This document shows positions 1-8,913 of a stretch of DNA of 64,000 nucleotides, in pieces. The notes beneath the pieces are model-generated. The model did not search any database, was not told the origin of the DNA, and saw nothing but the letters and a program-made list of their open reading frames with translations. Each line of letters begins with the position of its first letter. Within the stretch, counting starts at the first letter, position 1. This DNA comes from Candidatus Versatilivorator sp. (GTDB lineage Bacteria > Acidobacteriota > Terriglobia > Versatilivoradales > Versatilivoraceae). The position numbers were made by a program, and so were the translations under genes. The stretch lies in NCBI GenBank assembly GCA_965207735.1, contig OZ242296.1, forward strand, positions 1,728,001-1,792,000, given 5' to 3'.

Positions 1-651
1 CCGGCGCGCCGCCAGGACGGCTCCTACCGGTGCTCCCAATCCCTTGCTGAAATCCACCCAGACGGTGTCGAAAGGGGCCGCGAAGTCGCGGGCCGGCGTC
101 CCGGTGGCTACCACGGCGTTGAACAGGCGAGCCCCGTCCATATGAAGGATGAGGCCGTGCTCGCGGGCGACCGCGGCCACATCTCTAATAGCCTGGACGG
201 GCCAGGGAGTCCCTCCCCCGGAATTGGAGGTCTGCTCGATGGAAACCGCCCGTGTGCAGGGCGCATAGCGGTTCAGCGGCCGGATGGCCGCTCTGACCTG
301 CTCGGCGCTGAAAACTCCCCGTCGAGCCTCCAGGCCGGTGGGGATGGCGCTGGAGAGTGCCGCCAGTCCTCCCGCTTCCGAGATCAGGGGATGGGCCGTG
401 CGATGCAGCAGCACCTCGTCTCCCGGGCGGCAGTGGATCCTGAAGGCGATCTGGTTGCACATGGTGCCCGAAGGCAGATAGAGCCCTGCCTCCTTGCCCA
501 GCAGCTCGGCCACCCTATCCTGCAGCCGATTGACGGTCGGATCTTCAAACTTTTGCTCATCCCCGACCTCGGCCTCGGACATGGCTTTCCGCATGGGCGT
601 CGTCGGCTTGGTAACGGTGTCGCTGTAGAGGTCTATTTTGATTGGCGGCAT
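1..651 (-). CDS. ltaE: Low-specificity L-threonine aldolase family, PLP-dependent (3' end runs off the window)
   Basis: Not in the ORF track. Manual minus-strand translation from ATG 651 gives [17 protein letters not shown]...[16 protein letters not shown]...PSGTMCNQ...[10 protein letters not shown]...[21 protein letters not shown] lies upstream. Confidence 0.9.
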   Translation of the reverse strand, partial: MPPIKIDLYSDTVTKPTTPMRKAMSEAEVGDEQKFEDPTVNRLQDRVAELLGKEAGLYLPSGTMCNQIAFRIHCRPGDEVLLHRTAHPLISEAGGLAALSSAIPTGLEARRGVFSAEQVRAAIRPLNRYAPCTRAVSIEQTSNSGGGTPWPVQAIRDVAAVAREHGLILHMDGARLFNAVVATGTPARDFAAPFDTVWVDFSKGLGAPVGAVLAARR

Positions 652-882
652 GATGGTTCGCTCCTGTCGTTAAGATCCGCCTATTATCCATGATTCATTC
701 ACCGGCAGACACGGAATTTGCTCGTTTGTTCCACGTGAACCGACGCTGGCGGAGGGACAGCTTCCCTCTCAAGCCACCAGCCCGCCCGGCAGCCCCAATC
801 TGGTATAATTCGAGCTCTTCTGAAGGTCCCAATCAATTGCGATTCGGGAGCTTCGGTCGGGCTACCTCCCTCCCGGAAGCGG

Positions 883-1521
883 ATGTCCATCGACGAGATT
901 CGAGAACGCTACAGCCAGGCAGGCCTGAGCGAAACGGACCTGAACCCCGATCCGATCCTGCAGTTCGAGCAGTGGTTTCAGGATGCCGGCGCTGCCGGGG
1001 TCTTCGAGCCGAGCGCGGCCTGCCTGGCGACGGCCAACCCTGAGGCCGAGCCTTCAGCCCGCATGGTGCTGCTGAAAGGCGTGGAGTCCCGCGGATTCAT
1101 TTTCTTCACCAACTACGGGAGCCCCAAGGCCCGGGACCTGGCAGAGAACCCTCGAGCAGCCCTGGTGGTGGCCTGGGTGGAGCTGGCCCGTCAGATCCGC
1201 ATCTCCGGAAGGGTTGAGCCAATCTCCCGGGAGGAATCGCTCCGCTACTTCGAGAGCCGGGTGGCCGGCAGCCGGCTCAGCGCCTGGGCCTCTCACCAGA
1301 GCCAGGTGATCGACAGCCGCCAGGTGCTGGAAGAACGAATGCGGGACTTCCAGGCCCGATTCGGCGACGACGACATTCCCCTGCCCCCCTTCTGGGGAGG
1401 GTATTGCCTCTCCCCTCGCCAGATCGAATTCTGGCAAGGCCGCCCCGACCGGCTGAACGACCGGCTGCGCTACCGCCGCCAGGGAAAAGCCCAGTGGGTC
1501 GTGGAAAGACTGGCGCCCTGA
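883..1521 (+). CDS. pdxH: Pyridoxamine 5'-phosphate oxidase
   Basis: Motifs PSARMVLLKG, FFTNYGSPK, WASHQS, PPFWGGY, IEFWQGRPDRLNDR. Confidence 0.96.
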   Translation: MSIDEIRERYSQAGLSETDLNPDPILQFEQWFQDAGAAGVFEPSAACLATANPEAEPSARMVLLKGVESRGFIFFTNYGSPKARDLAENPRAALVVAWVELARQIRISGRVEPISREESLRYFESRVAGSRLSAWASHQSQVIDSRQVLEERMRDFQARFGDDDIPLPPFWGGYCLSPRQIEFWQGRPDRLNDRLRYRRQGKAQWVVERLAP

Positions 1522-1601
1522 GCCCTAGCCACAGGCAGAGGTCTGAAAACCATGAACAGCTACCGTATGGAACTGTGGAGACTCTTTCTGGAGAACTACC
1601 C

Positions 1602-2312
1602 ATGAAGACAATCGTGCTGACGTGTGCCCTCTTTGCTTCTTTTGCCAACCTGCTGGCCGACTCGATCCAGACTGCCGAGGGAGAGCTCAAGATCACCCCT
1701 GTGACTCACGGCAGCCTGATGCTGGAGTTCAAGGGCAAGGTCATCCACACCGATCCTTGGGGCCGGGGAGACTATACCGGATTGCCCAAGGCTGACCTGA
1801 TCCTCATCACCGACATTCATGGTGACCACTTGGATCCAGCTCAGGTGAAGAAACTGAAGAAGAGCGGAACCCAAATCGTAGCTCCGCAGGCTGTAGCCCA
1901 GACCGTGACCGAGGCCGTGGTGCTGCATAACGGCCAGAAAAAGGTGGTGGCCGGCCTGGAGATCGAAGCCGTCCCCATGTACAACCACAAGCGGGGGCCC
2001 AGCCCAGGCAAGCTCTACCACGACAAGGGTAGAGGCAACGGCTACGTGTTGACCCTGGGAGATAAGAGAGTCTATGTCTCGGGCGACACCGCCTGCATTT
2101 CGGAGATGAAGTCCCTGACCGACATCGACATCGCCTTCGTCACCATGAACCTGCCCTACACCATGCCTCCCGAGGAAGCAGCCGAGTGCGTCAAAGCCTT
2201 CAAGCCAAAGATTGTCTACCCCTACCACTACCGAGGCTCCGACCTGAGCGTGTTCACTCGAGCCCTGGAGTCTCACCCGGATATCGAAGTCAGGATCCGG
2301 GACTGGTACTGA
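1602..2312 (+). CDS. Secreted MBL-fold metallo-hydrolase
   Basis: Signal-peptide-like N-terminus MKTIVLTCALFASFANLLA; motifs LITDIHGDHLD, YVSGDT and YPYHY. Start taken at ATG 1602 after a GGAGAA RBS. Confidence 0.85.
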   Translation: MKTIVLTCALFASFANLLADSIQTAEGELKITPVTHGSLMLEFKGKVIHTDPWGRGDYTGLPKADLILITDIHGDHLDPAQVKKLKKSGTQIVAPQAVAQTVTEAVVLHNGQKKVVAGLEIEAVPMYNHKRGPSPGKLYHDKGRGNGYVLTLGDKRVYVSGDTACISEMKSLTDIDIAFVTMNLPYTMPPEEAAECVKAFKPKIVYPYHYRGSDLSVFTRALESHPDIEVRIRDWY

Positions 2313-2346
2313 GGCCTTACTTTCGCAATGGAGCCGTATTGAGAAT

Positions 2347-2646
2347 TCAGGTGTGAACGTGTTCGTTCTTAAGCATCGGCAGGGTGTTGATCGTCTTGCC
2401 GGCTTTCTTCTCGGCAAGGCGCAGCTCATAGAGCTTTTGCAGATTGAGCCAGAATTCCGCACTGGTGCCGAAGAAGTGGGCCAGGCGCAGGGCCGTATCG
2501 CCGGTGATGGCCCGACGGCCGTTTAGAATCTGGGTGATGCGGTTCGTAGGCACCTGGAGCTGGCGTGCAAGGGCGGTCGCGCTCATATGGAGCTCTTTCA
2601 GTTCTTCGGCGAGATGTTCGCCGGGATGGATTGCGGGCACGGCCAT
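2347..2646 (-). CDS. higA: HigA-family addiction module antitoxin (XRE HTH), apparently orphan
   Basis: IHPGEHLAEEL...ITQILNGRRAITGDTALRLAHFFGTSAEFWLNLQKLYEL; RBS AGGAGA upstream of ATG 2646. Confidence 0.92.
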   Translation of the reverse strand: MAVPAIHPGEHLAEELKELHMSATALARQLQVPTNRITQILNGRRAITGDTALRLAHFFGTSAEFWLNLQKLYELRLAEKKAGKTINTLPMLKNEHVHT

Positions 2647-2670
2647 TGCAGTTCTCCTAGTGAAAATATG

Positions 2671-2709
2671 CGTTACGTCAAGAGTAACGGCCAACATAGC
2701 CAGTGTCAA
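2671..2709 (-). promoter_or_regulatory. Sigma70-type promoter of higA with an overlapping inverted-repeat operator
   Basis: Minus strand reads TTGACA (2709-2704), 17 nt, TACTCT (2686-2681). The inverted repeat CGTTAC-N7-GTAACG (2671-2689) overlaps the -10. Confidence 0.7.
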
Positions 2710-3056
2710 CAGCAGCTGGATGGCGGGGCATGTGCGCTACGGGGCTTTCCGGATTGATGATTGACGACAAAAGGGGTTACCTTGTCGGTGGATCTGGAAC
2801 TTCGGGTTAGTAGACCTGTGGACCCGGATCCAATAGACACCCTGCCTCTCAATGAGAGGAATTCGGTCCAGCACCGGAAAGCCCTTACCCTGTTTCAAAC
2901 TGCCGGAAGCTACGGCAAGTTGTCGCACGGACCTGTCGAGTTCAGAGGCAGTTAACCATTGGGAATGGGAATCGGCTAAAGTACAATGAGCCCGGGGTGA
3001 AACCGGCGGCGGCATGGCGAGATTCAATGGCTGGGCCAGCCGCTCGGAAAGAGACC

Positions 3057-3683
3057 ATGGGCGTCGACCGCAACCGGCATATTAGCTACCAAATCGGTGA
3101 TTCTCCCTTGGGGCGGCTGTTGATTGCGGCCAGCTCGAAGGGGTTGTGCGGGCTGATGTGGGGAGAACAGGATCGGAAGCTTCTGGAGGCCCTGGAGAGG
3201 CGCTTTGGGCCGCCTACCCTCCGCCCCGGACTGGAGAAACCCCAACGGTGGTTCGAACCCGTCAATCGATTTCTCGGGGGAGAGCCCGTCGACCTTTCCT
3301 TCCCGCTCGACCCGGGGGGAACACCGTTTCAGCAAACCGTCTGGCGCCGGCTCCAGGAGATTCCGCTCGGGCGGACCCTGACCTATGCAGGACTGGCGAA
3401 GGCTTTGGGCAATCCGGGCGGAGTCCGGGCAGTGGCCGGGGCTTGCGCTTCCAATCCGGTGGCGCTCGTCATTCCGTGCCACCGAATCGTCCGTAGCGAC
3501 GGCGGATTGGGAGGCTATCGCTGGGGGCTGCAGCGGAAGCAGAGACTGCTGAGCCTGGAAGCCTCCATGGTGGCAGGCGGCCACTGGAATCTGACCGCAC
3601 CCGCCGGACCGGAGCGGGCAGAGGCCGCACTCCGGCATCCTCATCCGGAGCATCGCCCTTCGCAGGAGAGCGGCAATCCTTGA
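3057..3683 (+). CDS. ogt: Methylated-DNA--protein-cysteine methyltransferase (Ogt/Ada C-terminal type)
   Basis: GTPFQQTVW...IPLGRTLTY...RAVAGACASNPVALVIPCHRIV...GGYRWG; start uncertain (2997/3027/3057). Confidence 0.9.
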   Translation: MGVDRNRHISYQIGDSPLGRLLIAASSKGLCGLMWGEQDRKLLEALERRFGPPTLRPGLEKPQRWFEPVNRFLGGEPVDLSFPLDPGGTPFQQTVWRRLQEIPLGRTLTYAGLAKALGNPGGVRAVAGACASNPVALVIPCHRIVRSDGGLGGYRWGLQRKQRLLSLEASMVAGGHWNLTAPAGPERAEAALRHPHPEHRPSQESGNP

Positions 3684-3749
3684 CCGGTGGCACCACCCCT
3701 TTCATGACAACCGGAAAAATCCCTGAAATTCGAACAGGAGGTTAGATCC

Positions 3750-4796
3750 ATGGCATCGGCCATTCGCATCGGCATCGTTGGCGCGGGAGACAACACCCGC
3801 GTGCGTCACATTCCAGGACTGCAGGCCCAGGAGGGCGTCGAGATCGTCTCCGTCTGCAACCGCAGCCAGGCCTCCAGTCAACGAGTGGCCCGGGAGTTCG
3901 GCATCCCCACCATTCACGACAACTGGCGGGAGCTGGTCGCCTCTGACGGGATCGACGCCGTGGTGATCGGCACCTGGCCCTATCTCCACTGCCCCATCAC
4001 CCTGGCGGCCCTGGAGGCCGGCAAGCACGTGATGACCGAGGCCCGCATGGCCATGGACGCCGGCCAGGCCCGGCTGATGCTGGAGGAGTCTCAGGCCAAC
4101 CCTCACCTGGTCACCCAGATCGTTCCCTCTCCCATCACCTTGAGGGTGGACGGCATGATCCGGAAGCTGGTGGCCGAAGGCTACCTGGGAGAGATCCTGG
4201 CGGTGGAGGTCACCAGCAACGCCAACAGCTTCGTGGACCGATCCGGCCCGCTGCACTGGCGCCACGATCGCAACCTGAGCGGCTTCAACATTCTGGCCAT
4301 GGGGATCTGGTATGAAGCCCTGATGCGGTGGGTGGGAGAAGCCGTAGAGGTGATGGCCATGACCCAGGTCAACGTCACCCAGCGCGGCACCCCTGAGGGC
4401 GTGCTGCAGACCATCACCATCCCCGACCACGTGGATATCCTGGCCAAGATGGCCTGCGGGGCCCAGGCGCGATTGCAATTCAGCGCGGTGACCGGCTTGG
4501 CGGCCTCTATCTCCAGGACCTGGCTGTTCGGCAGCGAAGGCACCCTCTGCTACGATCTGGACGCCGACGAGCTGTCAGGTGGAAAGCGAGGGGACGGCGA
4601 TCTCGCGCCGATCGCCATTCCGGCTGAACTGGAAGGAGACTGGCGGGTGGAGGAGGAGTTCATCAATGCCATCCGCGGCGAGGAAAAAATCTCTCACACC
4701 ACCTTCGAGGATGGCCTCAAGTACATGCAGTTTACGGAAGCGGTGACTCGCAGCGCCCGGTCCGGCGTGTCGGTTTCGGTACAGGATATGGGCTGA
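3750..4796 (+). CDS. Gfo/Idh/MocA family oxidoreductase
   Basis: IGIVGAG Rossmann motif, DAVVIGTWPYLH, GKHVMTEARMA; RBS AGGAGG. Confidence 0.9.
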   Translation: MASAIRIGIVGAGDNTRVRHIPGLQAQEGVEIVSVCNRSQASSQRVAREFGIPTIHDNWRELVASDGIDAVVIGTWPYLHCPITLAALEAGKHVMTEARMAMDAGQARLMLEESQANPHLVTQIVPSPITLRVDGMIRKLVAEGYLGEILAVEVTSNANSFVDRSGPLHWRHDRNLSGFNILAMGIWYEALMRWVGEAVEVMAMTQVNVTQRGTPEGVLQTITIPDHVDILAKMACGAQARLQFSAVTGLAASISRTWLFGSEGTLCYDLDADELSGGKRGDGDLAPIAIPAELEGDWRVEEEFINAIRGEEKISHTTFEDGLKYMQFTEAVTRSARSGVSVSVQDMG

Positions 4797-4863
4797 CCCT
4801 GACCGGCACCCCCGGGACGGACCGCTGTCAGCAGGGCTGTGCCTCAGACCAACAAGCAATGAT

Positions 4864-4954
4864 ATTGTAGATTGCGGATTTCTGATTGTTGATTGGAGAG
4901 TTACGGAACCTGACTTTTCCCCAAATCCACAATCTACAATCCGCAATCTACAAT
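4864..4954. repeat. Heptamer-built long inverted repeat between convergent genes
   Basis: ATTGTAGATTGCGGATT (4864-4880) is the exact reverse complement of AATCCGCAATCTACAAT (4938-4954); arms are made of AATCYRC heptamers. Confidence 0.8.
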
Positions 4955-5011
4955 GAATTTCATGATCCGAAACCCGGACTCATCCGTCAATCTTGTTTCG
5001 GCTCGAGACAT

Positions 5012-6223
5012 CTACCCCCGGCCAGGGCCCGCCTCGGCCACCAGCCGTGCCGTCTCGCGGGCGATCACCAGCTCTTCATTGGCCAGAATGACCAGGACTG
5101 AAACCTGGGACCCGTCGGCGGAAATCACCGCGTCCCTGCCCCGCACCTGGTTCCCAGCGGGGTCGATCCGAATGCCCAGATACTCCAGGCCCTGGCAGAC
5201 GGATTGTCGGATCCGGATGCCGTTCTCGCCGATTCCTCCCGTAAAGGCCAGAATATCCAGGCCTTCCAGCACCGCGGAATAGGCGCCGATGTACTTCCTG
5301 GTTTCGTGCACCAGCACCTCCAGGGCCAGCTTGGCCCGGGGGTTCCCCCCCGTTGCCGCTTCCTCCAGGTCCCGCACGTCCCCGCTCAATCCCGAGATTC
5401 CCTTGAGCCCTCCCCGCTGGGAAAGGCCCTCCCGCACCTGGTCCACGCTCAGGCCCTCCTCCTGCATGAGATAGAGCGGAACAAAGGGATCCAGATCGCC
5501 GTTGCGAGTAGCGTGGGACAGGCCCGCCTGGGGTGAGAAACCCATGCTGGTTTCAATGGACCGGCCGTTCCTGATGGCGCAGATGCTGGCGCTGCCGCCC
5601 ATGTGGCAGGAGATGACTCTCAGGTCTTCGCCCGAGCGCCCGGCCAGCTCAGGGGCTCGCCAGGAGATGTAGCGATGGGAGGCGCCGTGAAACCCGTAGC
5701 GCTGAATGGCGTGTTTCTCGGCCCACTCATAGGGGATCCCGTAGGTTCTGGCGTAGTCGGGAATGGTCTTGTGAAAGGCGGCTTCGAACACCCCCACCAG
5801 GGTCTTGTCGGGCAGAAGCTGCTGGAAGATGCGGAAGGCCTCGATGTAGGGAGGATTGTGGGCCGGAGCCAGGAAGATGTAGTCCTCCATGGCCCGGATG
5901 ACCTCGTCGGTCACCACCACCGAATCGGCAATGCCCTTGGCGTGAACCGGCTTGAAGCCGATGGCGTCGAGTTCCTGCAGGCTGGTCAGGACCTTGGCCG
6001 CCGGGTCGGTCAGGATCTCGAGCACCTGCTCGATGGCCGCGCGGTGGTCGGGGGCCCGTATTTCCCTTTCCTGCTTTGGACCGTCGCCCAACTGGTAGCT
6101 CAGCGGCGAACGGGGGCTGCCCACCCGCTCGACCTTGCCCACCGCAGCCACCGATTCATCGTCCATCTGGAACAGCCGGAACTTCAACGAAGTGGATCCG
6201 ACGTTGACGACCAGAATCTTCAT
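5012..6223 (-). CDS. ackA: Acetate/propionate kinase family
   Basis: MKILVVNVGSTSLKF, LAPAHNP, RYGFHGASH, CHMGGSAS, FTGGIGEN, ANEELVIA. Confidence 0.92.
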   Translation of the reverse strand: MKILVVNVGSTSLKFRLFQMDDESVAAVGKVERVGSPRSPLSYQLGDGPKQEREIRAPDHRAAIEQVLEILTDPAAKVLTSLQELDAIGFKPVHAKGIADSVVVTDEVIRAMEDYIFLAPAHNPPYIEAFRIFQQLLPDKTLVGVFEAAFHKTIPDYARTYGIPYEWAEKHAIQRYGFHGASHRYISWRAPELAGRSGEDLRVISCHMGGSASICAIRNGRSIETSMGFSPQAGLSHATRNGDLDPFVPLYLMQEEGLSVDQVREGLSQRGGLKGISGLSGDVRDLEEAATGGNPRAKLALEVLVHETRKYIGAYSAVLEGLDILAFTGGIGENGIRIRQSVCQGLEYLGIRIDPAGNQVRGRDAVISADGSQVSVLVILANEELVIARETARLVAEAGPGRG

Positions 6224-6253
6224 GACGGTTTCAAACGCCCTTTCCGATCCGGC

Positions 6254-7174
6254 TCAGCCCGCGGAGCCGCCCGCGGCCTTGCCGACCAGAACGGCCAGAG
6301 CGATGGATCGAATCTTGGTTTCGGGAGTCTCGGCCCGGGACAACAGGATGAGCGGAGCCCGGGCTCCCAGGACGATGCCCCCCGATTCTCCCCCGGCAAA
6401 GTAGAGAATGGCACGATAGAGGATGTTGGCTGCCTCGATATCGGGGGCCAGGAATATGTCGGTGGCTTCCACCAGCGGGCTGTCGATGCCCTTTCGCTCG
6501 GCGGCAAACCGGCTCAAGGGAGAATCCAGGGCAATGGGACCTTCGATGTAGGCTCCCGAGATCTGTCCGCGGCGATTCATCAGGGTCAAGCCGGCCGCAT
6601 CCAGCGTCGCCCCCATCTCGGGATTGACGAACTCCAGGGCGCAGAGCACGGCCAGGTTGGGTTTGGATACGCCGATGGCGTGAGCCACTTCTATGGCGTT
6701 GCGGCAGATCTCGGCTTTTTGAGCCAGGTTGGGAGCGATATTGATGGCGGCGTCGGTCATGACCATCAGCCGCCGGATTCCCGGCACCTGGAAGACGATC
6801 ACCTGGCTCAGCAGCCGCCCGGTGCGAAGGCCGGCCTCTCTGTCAAGCACTGCACGGACCAGGGTCGAAGTGTTGATCTTGCCCTTCATCAGCAGGCTGG
6901 CCCGGCCTTCCCGAATCAGGCCGATGGCTTTCCTTGCCGCCTGGGCCTGGTCGGGCTCGTGGATCAACTGATCGGGAGCCAGCTCCAGTCCGACCTTTTC
7001 GACCATGGGTTCCATCCTGGACCGATCGCCCACCAGGATGCCTTGGGCCAGACCCATGGACTGGGCCTGCTTGAGCGCTTGCAGCACATCCGGATCCTGG
7101 CCGCAGGCCACCGCGATGCCGGCAGGCCCCTCGCTGATGGCCGCGGCTACCAGTTCATCCAGGCTCTTGACCAT
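6254..7174 (-). CDS. ptb: Phosphate butyryl/acetyltransferase (PTA_PTB family)
   Basis: LLMKGKINT, TDAAINIAP, EGPIALD, PDIEAANIL, GARAPLILLSRA. Confidence 0.88.
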   Translation of the reverse strand: MVKSLDELVAAAISEGPAGIAVACGQDPDVLQALKQAQSMGLAQGILVGDRSRMEPMVEKVGLELAPDQLIHEPDQAQAARKAIGLIREGRASLLMKGKINTSTLVRAVLDREAGLRTGRLLSQVIVFQVPGIRRLMVMTDAAINIAPNLAQKAEICRNAIEVAHAIGVSKPNLAVLCALEFVNPEMGATLDAAGLTLMNRRGQISGAYIEGPIALDSPLSRFAAERKGIDSPLVEATDIFLAPDIEAANILYRAILYFAGGESGGIVLGARAPLILLSRAETPETKIRSIALAVLVGKAAGGSAG

Positions 7175-7290
7175 GGAAAGAAGCCTCCTTTAATGCATCC
7201 TCGGGAGCGGACCGATGGCGGTCCTCCGGCCTCCGCGGCTCGCTCCCCGCCTGAAGTCGCCCCGTCCCCTACAGCCGTCCGGAAGTAGCC

Positions 7291-8526
7291 TTAAACCGAG
7301 GCCGGCGTCCCTTCCAGGACCGACTTCACAATCCGGTCGAACTCGGCGTCGGACAGGAGACGCTTGCTGTCGATGGAAGTCTGCTTGACCTGAGCCAGGA
7401 TCTCGTTGGCCTGCTCCGGCGTGGCCTGCAGTCCCCTGCGTTCCAGGTGCTCCTCGATATTGAACAGGCCGCTCCCTTTGCCCAGGGCAATATCTACCGC
7501 CGGCCGGCCGACCACTTCCGGAAGGAAGGGAATGTATTCCAGAGGCTCGGCCTGCTTGCAGCGGCTATGGAACATGGCCACGATGCCCGACTCGATATGG
7601 TAGAGAGAATCGCCAACGATGGGCCGGTTGGGAGGCACGCCGAACCCGCTCAACTCCTGAACCAGCTTGGACAGCTCGTAGAAGCCTTCGGTCTTGACGC
7701 CGGTTTCCACGCCGTAGAGGACCTTGAGGGCCATAATGGTGTCTTCCAGGGGAACGTTGCCGGCGCGCTCTCCGGTGGCCGTAACGGTGACGTGAGCCAC
7801 CGAGGCTCCGTTGGCCAGGGCCGAGATGGTGTTGGCCACTCCCAGACCGAAGTCTTCGTGGCAGTGGATCTCGATGGGTTGGGCGAAGCGGTCCCGCAGC
7901 TTACTCACCACCATGGCAATGCCCTGGGGTGTGCAGACGCCGAAAGAGTCGGCCAGGGTCATCGAGTCCATGTGTCCCTCGGTGGAGACCCGCTCCATGA
8001 GGTCGAGATACCTGTTCAGGTCGGACCGGGTGCTGTCAATGGTGAAGAAGACCGTGTAGAGGCCCGCCTCCTTGGCCGCCAGGGTGGTGTCGATGGAAGC
8101 CTTGATGGCCCAGTCCATGCTCTTGCCGTAGGCGTGCTTGATGATGTGGTCGCTGGAGGGAATCTCGGTAATGATGCCGTTGACCCCGCAATCCTTGGCC
8201 ATCTTGACGTCGGCCGGCATGCAGCGGGCGAAGGAGAAGATCTCCGGCCCCAGGTCCAGGCTCACGATGTCCTTGATGGCTGCCTCGTCTTCAGCCGAAA
8301 CCGCCGGCATGCCCGCCTCGATGCGGTGGACGCCGGCCGCTGCCAGCTTCTTGGCGATAGCCACCTTCTCCTGACGGCGAAACACGATCCCCGTCTGTTG
8401 CTCTCCGTCACGCAGGGTGACGTCGTGAATCCGGATCTGCTCCGGGAAATTCATGCCCTGGGTGGCTTCGGGCGCATAGTTCCAGGGGCTGGCAAACCAG
8501 CGATCGGTCTTCCAAGGTTGACTCAT
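7291..8526 (-). CDS. DRE-TIM metallolyase (homocitrate/isopropylmalate synthase-like) without regulatory domain
   Basis: HDVTLRDGEQ, IEIHCHEDFG, GERAGNVPLE, HIESGI; start at MSQPWK after an AGGAG RBS. Confidence 0.85.
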   Translation of the reverse strand: MSQPWKTDRWFASPWNYAPEATQGMNFPEQIRIHDVTLRDGEQQTGIVFRRQEKVAIAKKLAAAGVHRIEAGMPAVSAEDEAAIKDIVSLDLGPEIFSFARCMPADVKMAKDCGVNGIITEIPSSDHIIKHAYGKSMDWAIKASIDTTLAAKEAGLYTVFFTIDSTRSDLNRYLDLMERVSTEGHMDSMTLADSFGVCTPQGIAMVVSKLRDRFAQPIEIHCHEDFGLGVANTISALANGASVAHVTVTATGERAGNVPLEDTIMALKVLYGVETGVKTEGFYELSKLVQELSGFGVPPNRPIVGDSLYHIESGIVAMFHSRCKQAEPLEYIPFLPEVVGRPAVDIALGKGSGLFNIEEHLERRGLQATPEQANEILAQVKQTSIDSKRLLSDAEFDRIVKSVLEGTPASV

Positions 8527-8756
8527 CTGAATTCTCCTTAACGTTGGAAACTGGGCGAGATCGGTTTTAATCAGGGCGGTCGGGCAGAGGGATGAATGCG
8601 ACGGTGCCCCCGGTTTCTCGCGGCACAATCTATTGCATCGAACGGATGCCTGTCAAGTTCGCCCGGGGACCGTCCCCAGGACTATCCCACGCTGCCGAAT
8701 TCAGGGTGACAGAAATGTCAAGGCCCCCGAATCAGGCCTTCATTCCAGGTGGAATC

Positions 8757-8852
8757 GTAGGGGCGCCCTTTGTGGGCACCCTTTGTGGACACCCAATTCG
8801 GCTGTTGCCGGGCGAATGGGAACGACCGGGCAACCACAAGGGTTGCCCCTAC
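8757..8852. repeat. GTAG-type REP doublet
   Basis: GTAGGGGCGCCCTTTGTGGGCACCC ... GGGCAACCACAAGGGTTGCCCCTAC in inverted orientation. Confidence 0.7.
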
Positions 8853-8913
8853 AGTGGGGGTTCAGGGGGGATGGCCCCAGACCATCCCCCGGCCGCGTGA
8901 GGCCGCCTGGAGG

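Noticed and set aside
142-693. 183-aa plus-strand ORF
   Set aside because: Shadow of the minus-strand threonine aldolase, which the track missed because it runs off the window.
2737-3027. Possible HigB toxin upstream of higA
   Set aside because: The translations show no RelE/HigB features, and a promoter lies directly before higA.
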